Positions 48,311 through 56,782 of a DNA stretch of 64,000 nucleotides are shown piece after piece. Under the pieces are notes generated by a model that was given only the letters and a program-made list of their open reading frames with translations, was not told the origin of the DNA and did not search any database. The position numbers and the translations under genes are program-made. Source of the DNA: a virus (Duplodnaviria; Caudoviricetes). Every line of letters begins with the position of its first letter. Position 1 is the stretch's first letter. The DNA lies in IMG/VR virus record IMGVR_UViG_3300030376_003859, positions 878-64,877 of that record. One strand, given 5' to 3'.

Positions 48311-48646
48311 TCACCAATAATAAGTTCTTTCGCCATCATCAGCAAAATTATGATAGCCGGACTCCATCGCCCTCATTCGCATTTCTGCTTTGTGTTCTTT
48401 GATGTATTCGTCAATGTCTTTTTGAGAAACAGAAAAGGGTTTAGCAGTTTTAGACCATTCTTTAAAGACAGGGTGCAAAACCTCAAAATTATCTTCTTCA
48501 AATTCCTCAACAGTTATTGAACCCGATTCAACAAAGTTTTCGGATATAACATCAGGACATAAGAAATACCTAATTCCATAATCCTCTTTAATCCAGTTAT
48601 TTTCATCATCTACTCTATTATCTAACCATTTGTAAAAACTTCTCAT
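48311..48646 (-). CDS. Hypothetical acidic protein
   Basis: 111 aa; CTTATAAA element upstream and its own palindrome. Confidence 0.6.
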   Translation of the reverse strand: MRSFYKWLDNRVDDENNWIKEDYGIRYFLCPDVISENFVESGSITVEEFEEDNFEVLHPVFKEWSKTAKPFSVSQKDIDEYIKEHKAEMRMRAMESGYHNFADDGERTYYW

Positions 48647-48777
48647 TTTAAAACCTCTTAAGCGACTAATAGCCTTTATAAGCGGCTATGGTAGTAATTC
48701 CAAAGTTATTTCCTACCATATGGTCGTGCTTTGCATCTACCCCCACATGGGGGCTACGAGGGCTGAATCCCGTAGTC

Positions 48778-49296
48778 TCACTCTTCTTCCGAAACCTCCA
48801 TATCAGCCTTAGTAGGTCTTGGGGTTATTTGAGGAATACCGGCCTTATTAACCGCTACACCATCAAATCTTCCGTCTTTGATTGATTGCATCATATAGTT
48901 ATGAGCAGATTTCTTGTAGTAAGCAACCAATTCATCGTAGTTAGCATATACTCCGCCCGTTCTTCCATGTGGAACGATGACAGAAAGTAGTAATTCATGG
49001 TAGTCAGTAGGGATTTCCGCAAAAGCATCTATAATTTTTTGCTCCACAGTCGCCAAAACAATTTCCTGTTCTTCTGTCAATGTTGATTCTCGGCCACGAC
49101 GGGCTGACGGAAAACCATCCATTGTTGAACCTATTGAACGAATTGCTGTCCAATAGGTACTTCTTAATTCATCAGTATTTGCAGAATCTCCAAGAGTTAG
49201 AGATAGCATTACTGCTTGTAGGTTATCACTTGGGGGTTGATTTTCCGCCCAAACTCGCACTTTATTTGTATTCAATTTCCAATTTGCTTGTTTCAT
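48778..49296 (-). CDS. Paralogue family member B
   Basis: ATG after GGTGA; aligned motifs with 47277-47783. Confidence 0.75.
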   Translation of the reverse strand: MKQANWKLNTNKVRVWAENQPPSDNLQAVMLSLTLGDSANTDELRSTYWTAIRSIGSTMDGFPSARRGRESTLTEEQEIVLATVEQKIIDAFAEIPTDYHELLLSVIVPHGRTGGVYANYDELVAYYKKSAHNYMMQSIKDGRFDGVAVNKAGIPQITPRPTKADMEVSEEE

Positions 49297-49559
49297 ATTA
49301 TTCACCTTTTCGTTTGTTGGTAAAGCCACAGTTTCAGCCCTTGTAGCAATATACAGGGTTAAGGGGCGTATATGGTTGCCTTCGTGCAAAGCAGAATGAA
49401 CCATATGGTTGTATTATATCGTTAAGCGCATGTTTGGCCTAATTAGGAATATATATTCAAACAACAACAGGTTCAATTAATTGGGTGAGAAAAAAGTTCA
49501 TATGAAAAGTGGTGTGTTTCAATTGGCCTTATATTAATTCATATTCTTATTCATATACC

Positions 49560-50000
49560 TATATTATAGTAATCTAATCAATGTGTCTCATCGAATCTCA
49601 CAATGAGACGAGACGAATAGGGGCAGATTCTTGAGAGTTATAGTGTATAACTATAAAGAATATTAATACTTCTCATAATCTCATATATCTCATATCTATC
49701 TATCTATCTTCTTCTCTCTCTTGGGAGAGGATAAGAGGCATATTTAGAGAGAAATATATATGGGATTTTCATGAGACGAGATGAGACGAATTATTTTACC
49801 CACTTCTCCAAAGATTCTTAGGGGTTATGGGTCATAACTCATTATTCTCATGATGAGACAAATGCGAGACTTGTCTCAATCAACTACGGAGCAAAGTTGT
49901 TTCATTGGCGAATCATTATAGTTAAATAATTTTAATTCATGTTATTAGATTTAATTTAGAATATTTAATTTAATTTAGAAAAATGTGAAATAAGCCGCAT
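49560..50000. other. Candidate replication origin (TCTCAT/ATGAGA iterons plus AT-rich tract) at the strand switch
   Basis: About nine TCTCAT/ATGAGA hexamers in both orientations, ATGAGACGAG repeated at 49603 and 49771, then a very AT-rich tract at 49920-49990; no ORF. Confidence 0.5.
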
Positions 50001-50065
50001 TATTCAGGAGGCCCGCATTTTATTCTAATGAAAAACTTGTAAAAACCCTCATTGGCCTTCAATGC

Positions 50066-50081
50066 TGAACTCCTTTATATA
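50066..50081 (+). promoter_or_regulatory. BRE/TATA-like promoter TGAACTCCTTTATATA
   Basis: Near-identical copy at 58147-58162; both precede rightward genes. Confidence 0.65.
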
Positions 50082-50130
50082 TGGTAATCAATTGTCTAAA
50101 ATAGCCCACAAGGGCAAGGAGTAAGATAAT

Positions 50131-50598
50131 ATGGATAACACACAATGGGATAGCCTCGTAATAGAGGTTAGAGAATACCTTGAAGCAGACACAGGTTTAG
50201 ATGCAGGACTTAAACAAGTCATTGAACTAAACCTTCAAATCGGAACAAATAACGCCAACGAAAGAGTAGCGGCTAAAGGCGCACTAAAGGCTCTTTTGAA
50301 GGGAAGAGACGGAACACCTTTCAAGAGAGGTCAAAAGTCAGCAGTTCCGGCAAGCGTTAGAGTATCAATTGACAAAATATGCGGAGTAGTAGAAGAAGCG
50401 GCTATGAATTATTATAACCACGATGCTATTATTGGTGCAATCACCATGAAACACATTAAGAGTGGTGGCGGTCAATATGATGATGCAAGCGATTATGCTT
50501 CGGCAGTTGTTAAGAGAACCCGTAATAACCTAAGTAAAATGTATAAAGATGGCACTTGGGATGGAACGGTTGAATCTCTATTAGGAACAACCGAATAA
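50131..50598 (+). CDS. Paralogue family member C (divergent)
   Basis: KRGQKSAVP, KSGGGQYDD and MYKDGTWDGT align with RRGRESAL, GRTGGAYSS and HKEGRWDGS of members A and B. Confidence 0.6.
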   Translation: MDNTQWDSLVIEVREYLEADTGLDAGLKQVIELNLQIGTNNANERVAAKGALKALLKGRDGTPFKRGQKSAVPASVRVSIDKICGVVEEAAMNYYNHDAIIGAITMKHIKSGGGQYDDASDYASAVVKRTRNNLSKMYKDGTWDGTVESLLGTTE

Positions 50599-50681
50599 GC
50601 AAAGTTTGTCTTTGTTCATTAGCACATCTTTACTGCGTTAAAGATATATAGGCTAACCTTGCGTTAGCGGAATGAAACATT

Positions 50682-50706
50682 GGGAGGTTCGCCTCCCTTT
50701 GTTTTC
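50682..50706 (+). terminator. GC hairpin plus T-rich tract
   Basis: GGGAGG-TTCG-CCTCCC followed by TTTGTTTT. Confidence 0.6.
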
Positions 50707-50726
50707 AATTTAAGTGATGTGATAAA

Positions 50727-50975
50727 ATGAGACTTGTTGAAGAAGTATATGTAAAAGCCGAGAAGGATTTGATATGCCAAAGTTGCGGGTGTGATATACC
50801 CGAAGGTTCTAATCACCTATTGGAATCTTATGTTCATAAAGGAAAAATATCAACAAGTCATTATTGCTTGAAGAAGAAATGTAATCCCCCAAACAATGTC
50901 CGACTAAGACTATTTTGGGGCAGTATTGTCGTTGGCCTTGCATCATGGGTCATTTACCTTTCTTTCTTCAATTGA
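50727..50975 (+). CDS. Zn-finger protein with C-terminal TM helix
   Basis: CQSCGCDI...HYCLKKKC; hydrophobic C-terminus. Confidence 0.55.
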   Translation: MRLVEEVYVKAEKDLICQSCGCDIPEGSNHLLESYVHKGKISTSHYCLKKKCNPPNNVRLRLFWGSIVVGLASWVIYLSFFN

Positions 50976-51055
50976 AAATTTTTAGGGGTTAGTCAAAACT
51001 CAAAGGGGGGTGAGCCGACCCCTTATACGCCCCGACATGCACAGGTTGATTCAAA

Positions 51056-51210
51056 CAGTTGGAAAGCGGATTCATTTCACTTTTTCAACTTAATTATGTC
51101 ATGAATTAATTTAGTTCATGGTATTGAGAATCATTCTTGAGAGAGGGTTGAGTCAAGGGGGCTACTAATGTAAATGCGAATTGATTTTCGCTGACTCCCC
51201 TCTCTCTTCA
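51056..51210 (+). ncRNA. Candidate structured RNA or leader upstream of the helicase
   Basis: GAGAGAGGG-TT-GAGTCA (51139-55) pairs with TGACTC-CCCTCTCTC (51192-206); further hairpins; promoter-like motif at 51019-51033. Confidence 0.4.
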
Positions 51211-51343
51211 TATTCACGAAAGTTTTCAGGATAAAAATGAAAACTTTGCACACTATTTTCACCTTTTCATTAAGGTGCATTAGTCGTATTTCTTTTCATT
51301 ATAAAGAAATAAATCATATTCCCTTTGAAGGGAGGTAATAAAA

Positions 51344-52777
51344 ATGGAACATACAAAACAGCAAAAAGCAATCTTTGATTGTATAGAGAACACAGACCAC
51401 CACATTATAATTAATGCAGGTGCAGGAACAGGTAAAACTACAACTATTGTAGAAGCCGCTAATAAAATCGGTAATAATAAGGCCGCTTTTTTAGCATTCA
51501 ATAAATCAATAGCAACAGAACTTGCAGAAAGACTACCCGAAGGCGTAGAAGCAAAAACATTTCACGCATTCGGCTTTGCTGCTATTAGAAATGCAGGTGT
51601 TAAAACAAGAGTCAATAACTTCAAACTTAACAATATCATTAAGGATTTCTTGGGAAAGGATTTCAATATTGCTCCGGTTAAAAAGTTGGTATCTTTAATC
51701 AAAGGTTCTCTAATTGACCCTTCTAATAAAAGAGAAGTCAATAGACTGATTGATGAATATAATATCCAATTCCATTCCGAGCGTGAAGAGGAAATAGCAA
51801 TTGCTCATCTAACTACATTACTCAAGGCTTGTGCAAATAAGACAAGCGAAGTTGATTTTGATGATATGATTTGGCTACCTTTAGTAAATAACTATCCTTT
51901 TCCTAAGTATGATGTTTTGTTTGTAGATGAAGCACAGGATTTCAATGAAAGCCAAAGAGAAATGATTAGTAAATGCGTGAATGGTGGCCGATGTATTATT
52001 GTCGGAGACAAAAATCAGGCTATTTATGGATTTAGGGGAGCAGATTCTAATAGTATTGGGCTATTTAGAGAGAGACTTCTAAAAGGTTCAAGAGAAATAA
52101 GCGAATTTCCTCTCAGCATTTCTTGGAGATGCCCTTTATCGGTTGTTAAGGAAGCCAATAGATATGTAAAAGATTTTCAAGCGGCTGAAAATGCAATTGA
52201 AGGTAATGTAATAGTTAATGCTGAATTTACTCCACAAGAGAAAGATATGGTTTTATGTAGATACAATGCACCATTAGTCGGTGCTTTCTATGATTTAATT
52301 AGTCAAGGTAAATCTGCATATATTCTTGGTCGTGATATGACTAAAGGATTAGTTAATTCAGTTCAAAAGATTTCTAAGAATAATCATATGGGAACAGAAG
52401 AGTTTTGGCAATTATATATGCAAGACTTTGATTACAACTATAACAAATTATTGAATGATAATAAAAAGAATCAAGCGATGGCTCTTGAAGATAAAAGAGA
52501 CTGTATCAGTATCTTTGTAAATAAAGCATCAACTGTTGGTGGAATTATTGAAGAAATCAAGAGAGTATTTGACGGTAATGATAACGGAGAAATTATGCTT
52601 TCTACCGTTCACAAGGCTAAAGGATTAGAAGCAAACAATGTGTATTTGTTAGCAACTGATAGAATGCCACACCCGTTAGGTGGATTAGAAGAAAATAACA
52701 TTTGCTATGTAGCGATTACAAGAGCCAAGAAAAACCTCTTTTTAGTAGGACAAAGAACCGGAATTGTTGGGGAGTAA
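51344..52777 (+). CDS. UvrD/Rep-family SF1 helicase
   Basis: AGAGTGKTTT, VDEAQD, GDKNQAIYGFRGA, SWRCP, STVHKAKGLEA, YVAITRAK. Confidence 0.95.
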   Translation: MEHTKQQKAIFDCIENTDHHIIINAGAGTGKTTTIVEAANKIGNNKAAFLAFNKSIATELAERLPEGVEAKTFHAFGFAAIRNAGVKTRVNNFKLNNIIKDFLGKDFNIAPVKKLVSLIKGSLIDPSNKREVNRLIDEYNIQFHSEREEEIAIAHLTTLLKACANKTSEVDFDDMIWLPLVNNYPFPKYDVLFVDEAQDFNESQREMISKCVNGGRCIIVGDKNQAIYGFRGADSNSIGLFRERLLKGSREISEFPLSISWRCPLSVVKEANRYVKDFQAAENAIEGNVIVNAEFTPQEKDMVLCRYNAPLVGAFYDLISQGKSAYILGRDMTKGLVNSVQKISKNNHMGTEEFWQLYMQDFDYNYNKLLNDNKKNQAMALEDKRDCISIFVNKASTVGGIIEEIKRVFDGNDNGEIMLSTVHKAKGLEANNVYLLATDRMPHPLGGLEENNICYVAITRAKKNLFLVGQRTGIVGE

Positions 52778-52780
52778 ATT

Positions 52781-52862
52781 GACAGACAGATTAACTGTTG
52801 AGTTTTATTATATGTTGCCTTTAATTAACGCAGCATTGTTTGGACTCTTCAGTTTGTTTGTC
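52781..52862 (+). terminator. Long G-U-rich stem-loop after the helicase (terminator or small RNA)
   Basis: GACAGACA/TGTTTGTC, AACTG/CAGTT, GAGT/ACTC and ATGTTGC/GCAGCAT nested helices. Confidence 0.45.
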
Positions 52863-52899
52863 ATATCTTTAATAAAAATATATAATTGGTGGAATAAAA

Positions 52900-53112
52900 A
52901 TGACAGAATGTGAATATTTTAACGCATATTGTGAACTAATCAAAAAAGGCGAAGAAGATTGGAAAACACTATCTACATCTAACCAAGTATGGTTTGATGA
53001 AATGTATGAAGTGCATAATCACAAAGATGAGGGCTGGCCTTATAATAATAAATATTATTGGGTGGGAATGATATTAGGTATGAACGAAAACTACAATTGT
53101 AAGGAGGAATAA
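52900..53112 (+). CDS. Hypothetical protein
   Basis: 70 aa with GGTGGA SD. Confidence 0.55.
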   Translation: MTECEYFNAYCELIKKGEEDWKTLSTSNQVWFDEMYEVHNHKDEGWPYNNKYYWVGMILGMNENYNCKEE

Positions 53113-53114
53113 AA

Positions 53115-54410
53115 ATGGAAAATATAGTAGCAAAAAGACGACTTGGTGAGGGTCGTTGGGATAGAGCGTTAAAGCGTAAAATGACTGAATTATCAGTAGC
53201 AGATAATTATGATGATGCTAAACATGAATGGTTAGCAACAGGTAATGTTTGGTGGAGTGGTAATGATGTTATGCCGGATTGGGTTAGAGATTCTCAAATG
53301 GGCGTTGGCAAATGTCTATGTGGCCATATAGTTGTTTATCACTTTGAAATAAGAAATACAGAAAACGGAATTGTTGAATGCGTTGGTAGCGACCACATTA
53401 ACTCATATCTAATTATGCGAGCAATTGCAGAAGATGAAGGAGTTAATATTGATACTATTACTGATGAACAAATTCAACAATGGATTAATGTTAGAACTAA
53501 ATCTATGAAAGCAGAAGCGTGGTGGAAATCAAATGGTGAATCCTTTACTTTAATGTTTGATTCAGTAAAAGAATTAGATTTGCACTTTAACATTCACAAA
53601 AGAGATTGGTATTATGACCATGCGACACAACAAAACCATAGAAGAAGAGTTTTGAGAAAGAGAGGTGAAGGAAGTTATGGTTCTCCTAACTACAAAATGG
53701 CTTCTCTTGTATGGCGTTGGAATCACCCCGATAATCCTAAAGCACAAATCAATACAACAGGTTTTCCTAATGATAATCTAATGAAAGACTTGGCTTTGTT
53801 TTACATAAAGCGTGAACAGTATCAAAATCAATTGGATAAATACAATCAAACAAGAGCAAATAGAATAGAGTCTCTTAGAATTGCTCAAGCAGAAAGACGA
53901 CGACAACAAGAAGAAAGACAAAGAATACGAAGAGAGCAAGAAGCGGAAAGACTAAGAATTTACAATCTACCGGAAAATGTAGAAGCAAGAAGAATAGAAG
54001 CAGAAGAAAGAGAAGAAAGAAACAGGCTTTGGAGAGAAAAGCAAGAAGCAGATAGACTCGCAAGAGAAATAGCACAAAGACAAAAACAAGAAGAAATCTT
54101 AACTAAAGATTTTGGTGGAGAAACTTTCTTACAAGTATGCGACTATTATGGTGTTCCTGAATTTGATGAATCATTTGCTGGTAATGAATGGGAGCGTTCT
54201 TTCCTTGCAGATATTAAAGAACAAATGATGGGTAGTAAAGAATTATCTCAACGCCAACTGCATACTCTAAAAAGAATATTCGATGTAGATTTAGCAACGC
54301 CTAAACAACTTGGATTCTTAGAAAACTTAGGTTATAATGGAACAGTTTCCGCTTTAACTAAAAGAGAAGCAAGCAACATTATTTCTCAACTCTTAGAGGA
54401 AAGAAATTAG
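53115..54410 (+). CDS. Zn-binding/coiled-coil hypothetical protein
   Basis: CLCGH...VGSDH motif, Arg/Glu/Gln coiled coil, C-terminal ATPKQ helix pair. Confidence 0.65.
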   Translation: MENIVAKRRLGEGRWDRALKRKMTELSVADNYDDAKHEWLATGNVWWSGNDVMPDWVRDSQMGVGKCLCGHIVVYHFEIRNTENGIVECVGSDHINSYLIMRAIAEDEGVNIDTITDEQIQQWINVRTKSMKAEAWWKSNGESFTLMFDSVKELDLHFNIHKRDWYYDHATQQNHRRRVLRKRGEGSYGSPNYKMASLVWRWNHPDNPKAQINTTGFPNDNLMKDLALFYIKREQYQNQLDKYNQTRANRIESLRIAQAERRRQQEERQRIRREQEAERLRIYNLPENVEARRIEAEEREERNRLWREKQEADRLAREIAQRQKQEEILTKDFGGETFLQVCDYYGVPEFDESFAGNEWERSFLADIKEQMMGSKELSQRQLHTLKRIFDVDLATPKQLGFLENLGYNGTVSALTKREASNIISQLLEERN

Positions 54411-54672
54411 ATTCAATAGTAGGTTAAAGCCTCATTGGAATCGCAGGTTTAAAAGTAAAAATATACAATTGTCAAATTATGAATCATCATCTCCCCCGTA
54501 AGGGCTTAGAGAAGTTCATAGGCGTAAGTATGTTTTCCTGCATAGAGGGTTTTCATAGTAATACGGATAAAAAAATTATACTTAGCGAATTATGTATGTG
54601 TTCACTAATTTTTCATATGAATAGTGGTTCTAATCAACACGAAGTCCGTTCCCTCGCCTAAAGGTGATTTAC

Positions 54673-54918
54673 ATGATAGATTGGATAAAAAAATTCTTTG
54701 TTAGTAAAAACAAAGAAAAGACACCAAAATGTGATATATGCGCTTTAGGTGCTAAATATCATATGTTAATTGAATTTCAAACAATGGAATTAACAGAATT
54801 AGAAAATAAAATATTAATTAAAATATGTGATGGTTGTTATGAAGAAGTATATGAAAGATATAATCCCGATAGAAAACCACCGCCAATACAAGCCGGAGTT
54901 TTTGAATCGAAGATGTGA
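54673..54918 (+). CDS. Small Zn-ribbon protein
   Basis: CDIC...CDGC; GGTGA SD. Confidence 0.55.
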   Translation: MIDWIKKFFVSKNKEKTPKCDICALGAKYHMLIEFQTMELTELENKILIKICDGCYEEVYERYNPDRKPPPIQAGVFESKM

Positions 54919-55014
54919 ACATGAAGAAACAAGAAAAAGAATTTGTAAAGAATTAGTGGGTTTAGGTATGCCCCACTACAATGCATACCAAATATCAATA
55001 AGGAGAATGAAAGA

Positions 55015-55257
55015 ATGAAAATAACAAAGAAATACGGAAATATAATTTATGGTGATAATACCATATCTAAAACAATAACTTATCATTTTGATAAGATAAG
55101 AGAACTAAACACCTTTTGGCAGGATAATTTAGATGCTGGCATGAAGGGTAATTGGCAAGCACACTTAGATAGAATGACTATTGAACATAGCGAGTTTGTT
55201 GATGCAAGAGAATATCTAAATGATTTTACAGAATTTTGTGAAGGTGAAGAAGAATGA
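55015..55257 (+). CDS. Hypothetical protein
   Basis: 80 aa, ATGA-coupled. Confidence 0.55.
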   Translation: MKITKKYGNIIYGDNTISKTITYHFDKIRELNTFWQDNLDAGMKGNWQAHLDRMTIEHSEFVDAREYLNDFTEFCEGEEE

Positions 55258-55430
55258 CACTACATGACTTAATTAGTAATTTAAGCAGAATAGAATACTT
55301 GGAGTTTTGCGCTGAATTTGACATTAGCGGAGATAGCGCACAAGAAATGTCTTTTTTTGTAGCACAGTATCAAGATGACTTTGAATTTGTTATACGATGG
55401 ATAAACAAGTTTAGAGGTGAAGAAGAATGA
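55254..55430 (+). CDS. 58-aa hypothetical protein (missed by ORF track)
   Basis: Manual ORF MTLHDLISNLSRIEYLEFCAEF...; ATGA overlaps on both sides. Confidence 0.6.
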   Translation: MTLHDLISNLSRIEYLEFCAEFDISGDSAQEMSFFVAQYQDDFEFVIRWINKFRGEEE

Positions 55431-55663
55431 ATATAGCAAAAGAAATAGAACTATGGATAGATAACTTTGAACAAACAAGTCAAGATGTTGGCGACCTTGA
55501 ACAACAGTATGAGGATTTGCTTAGAGAAAAAACAAAACAAATGATTCTTGAAAGCGAGGGTCTTGATTGGAAGTCTATTGCATACATGACGGCAAGGTTG
55601 AATGTTGAGATGGGTTATACTTGTGCAAATACAATTGAAGGATATGGAGATGATGAAGAATGA
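55427..55663 (+). CDS. Hypothetical protein
   Basis: 78 aa, coupled. Confidence 0.55.
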   Translation: MNIAKEIELWIDNFEQTSQDVGDLEQQYEDLLREKTKQMILESEGLDWKSIAYMTARLNVEMGYTCANTIEGYGDDEE

Positions 55664-55776
55664 TTAAAGGATTATTGAAAGGAATTGCTTTTACAGCCGG
55701 TTATATTATTGTTGGTGGAGTTGGTTTAGCAATATTGGCTGAACTCGCTACAAATAAAGGCGGGGAAGAAATATGA
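55660..55776 (+). CDS. 38-aa membrane peptide
   Basis: MIKGLLKGIAFTAGYIIVGGVGLAILAELA...; ATGA overlaps. Confidence 0.55.
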   Translation: MIKGLLKGIAFTAGYIIVGGVGLAILAELATNKGGEEI

Positions 55777-56408
55777 ATATATTTGCACTATCAAAAGACC
55801 CGATAGAATCAGCACAACAAATGCTCAATAAGCATGTAGTTAAAATGCCAACAGAAACCTGTCAAATGCTACATACTAATGCTTTGTTTATGGAATATAC
55901 AGATAGACACGGACAAGAACCCACGCTACGACAACTCAAAGAATATCATGCACTTATAGATTCTAATTTAATGAAACCTGCTATGTTAAATCACCCTTCA
56001 ACTATATGGGCGAGACAAAACATTCACAATACATTATGGTTGTATAATCATGGTATTGCTTTATGTGGAGAATATACAGAAAGATATGATAAACAACATG
56101 GAGCGTATGAAAGAATGCTACAAACTCCTGTTGAATATGATGCTGATACTACATTAGCAACTCCCGTATCAATTGCTATGTTTGATACTTACAGAATACC
56201 AAATGAATACGGAGAGCATTGTTGGGAATATGTAATTGATTCTTACCGCCATTATTACTTAGAAGGCAAATGGAAATTTGCAGAATGGCCGGAAGGTAAA
56301 ATGCCGGATTGGTGGCCAAAGAATCACTACGCAGTAAAATATAACAAAGGAGTTAGAGCGTATAATGCAACTAAACCTAAATATCCTATGTTATTATTGG
56401 AGGAATAA
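55773..56408 (+). CDS. Pyrimidine-dimer DNA glycosylase (DenV-like) family protein
   Basis: MNIF...KHVVKMPTETCQML...NHPSTIWAR...LCGEYTERY...YRHYY pattern. Confidence 0.75.
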   Translation: MNIFALSKDPIESAQQMLNKHVVKMPTETCQMLHTNALFMEYTDRHGQEPTLRQLKEYHALIDSNLMKPAMLNHPSTIWARQNIHNTLWLYNHGIALCGEYTERYDKQHGAYERMLQTPVEYDADTTLATPVSIAMFDTYRIPNEYGEHCWEYVIDSYRHYYLEGKWKFAEWPEGKMPDWWPKNHYAVKYNKGVRAYNATKPKYPMLLLEE

Positions 56409-56410
56409 AA

Positions 56411-56524
56411 ATGAAAGAAATATATAGATGTATAAATTGTAATGTAAGAATAAGTAAAGACAGACATTATTGCTACGGTTGTTTTACCGAAGCAGAAAAG
56501 AAAGCGGGTGAAACAAATGAGTAA
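56411..56524 (+). CDS. 37-aa Zn-finger peptide
   Basis: CINC...YCYGC. Confidence 0.55.
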   Translation: MKEIYRCINCNVRISKDRHYCYGCFTEAEKKAGETNE

Positions 56525-56672
56525 TTATCCCGACAATATGTGTTGGGCGGCATTAGATGACCATTTAGACCCTAAATTAGAATGTGGTTGTTATGCAAGT
56601 ATGGATTGTGAATGTTATTTAGAATGTGGTTGTTTTGTTGATGCAGACTGTAAATGTGAGGAAGAAGAATGA
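56517..56672 (+). CDS. Metallothionein-like Cys-rich 51-aa peptide
   Basis: LECGCYASMDCEC-Y-LECGCFVDADCKC tandem repeat; 9 Cys; GGTGA SD. Confidence 0.6.
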   Translation: MSNYPDNMCWAALDDHLDPKLECGCYASMDCECYLECGCFVDADCKCEEEE

Positions 56673-56782
56673 GGTGTAAAATTTGCCAAGACCCTCACCA
56701 CGATACTTGTCCTATGGTAGAAGATTGTTTGTGTTGTGAGAATACAAAAACAAATTTAATGGAGAATGATTTAAATGAATAA
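56669..56782 (+). CDS. 37-aa Cys/His-rich peptide
   Basis: MRCKICQDPHHDTCPMVEDCLCCE... Confidence 0.55.
   Translation: MRCKICQDPHHDTCPMVEDCLCCENTKTNLMENDLNE

Larger units (their letters stand above)
45288..49409. repeat. Dispersed palindromic repeat CAAAG-Nn-ACCATATGGT-Nn-CTTTG (9 copies)
   Basis: ACCATATGGT cores at 45518, 46314, 46681, 47209, 47890, 48247, 48715 and 49400, plus GCCATATGGT at 45292; all intergenic. Confidence 0.9.

Noticed and set aside
45288-49409. Palindromic repeats considered as a CRISPR array
   Set aside because: Conserved core is only 10 bp, spacing is 200-700 bp and irregular, and whole genes lie between copies.
50682-50697. GTTCG hairpin as a tRNA T-arm
   Set aside because: No acceptor, D or anticodon arms; it is a simple hairpin followed by Ts. 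No canonical tRNA was found in the window by eye.
54827-55018. 63-aa plus-strand ORF
   Set aside because: It overlaps the 54673-54918 gene by about 90 nt and has no clear SD or start for the non-overlapping part.
24065-56672. Many proteins end in G-E-E-E
   Set aside because: Explained by the next gene's SD (GGTGA/GAGG) and ATGA overlap being embedded in the last codons; not a protein signal.
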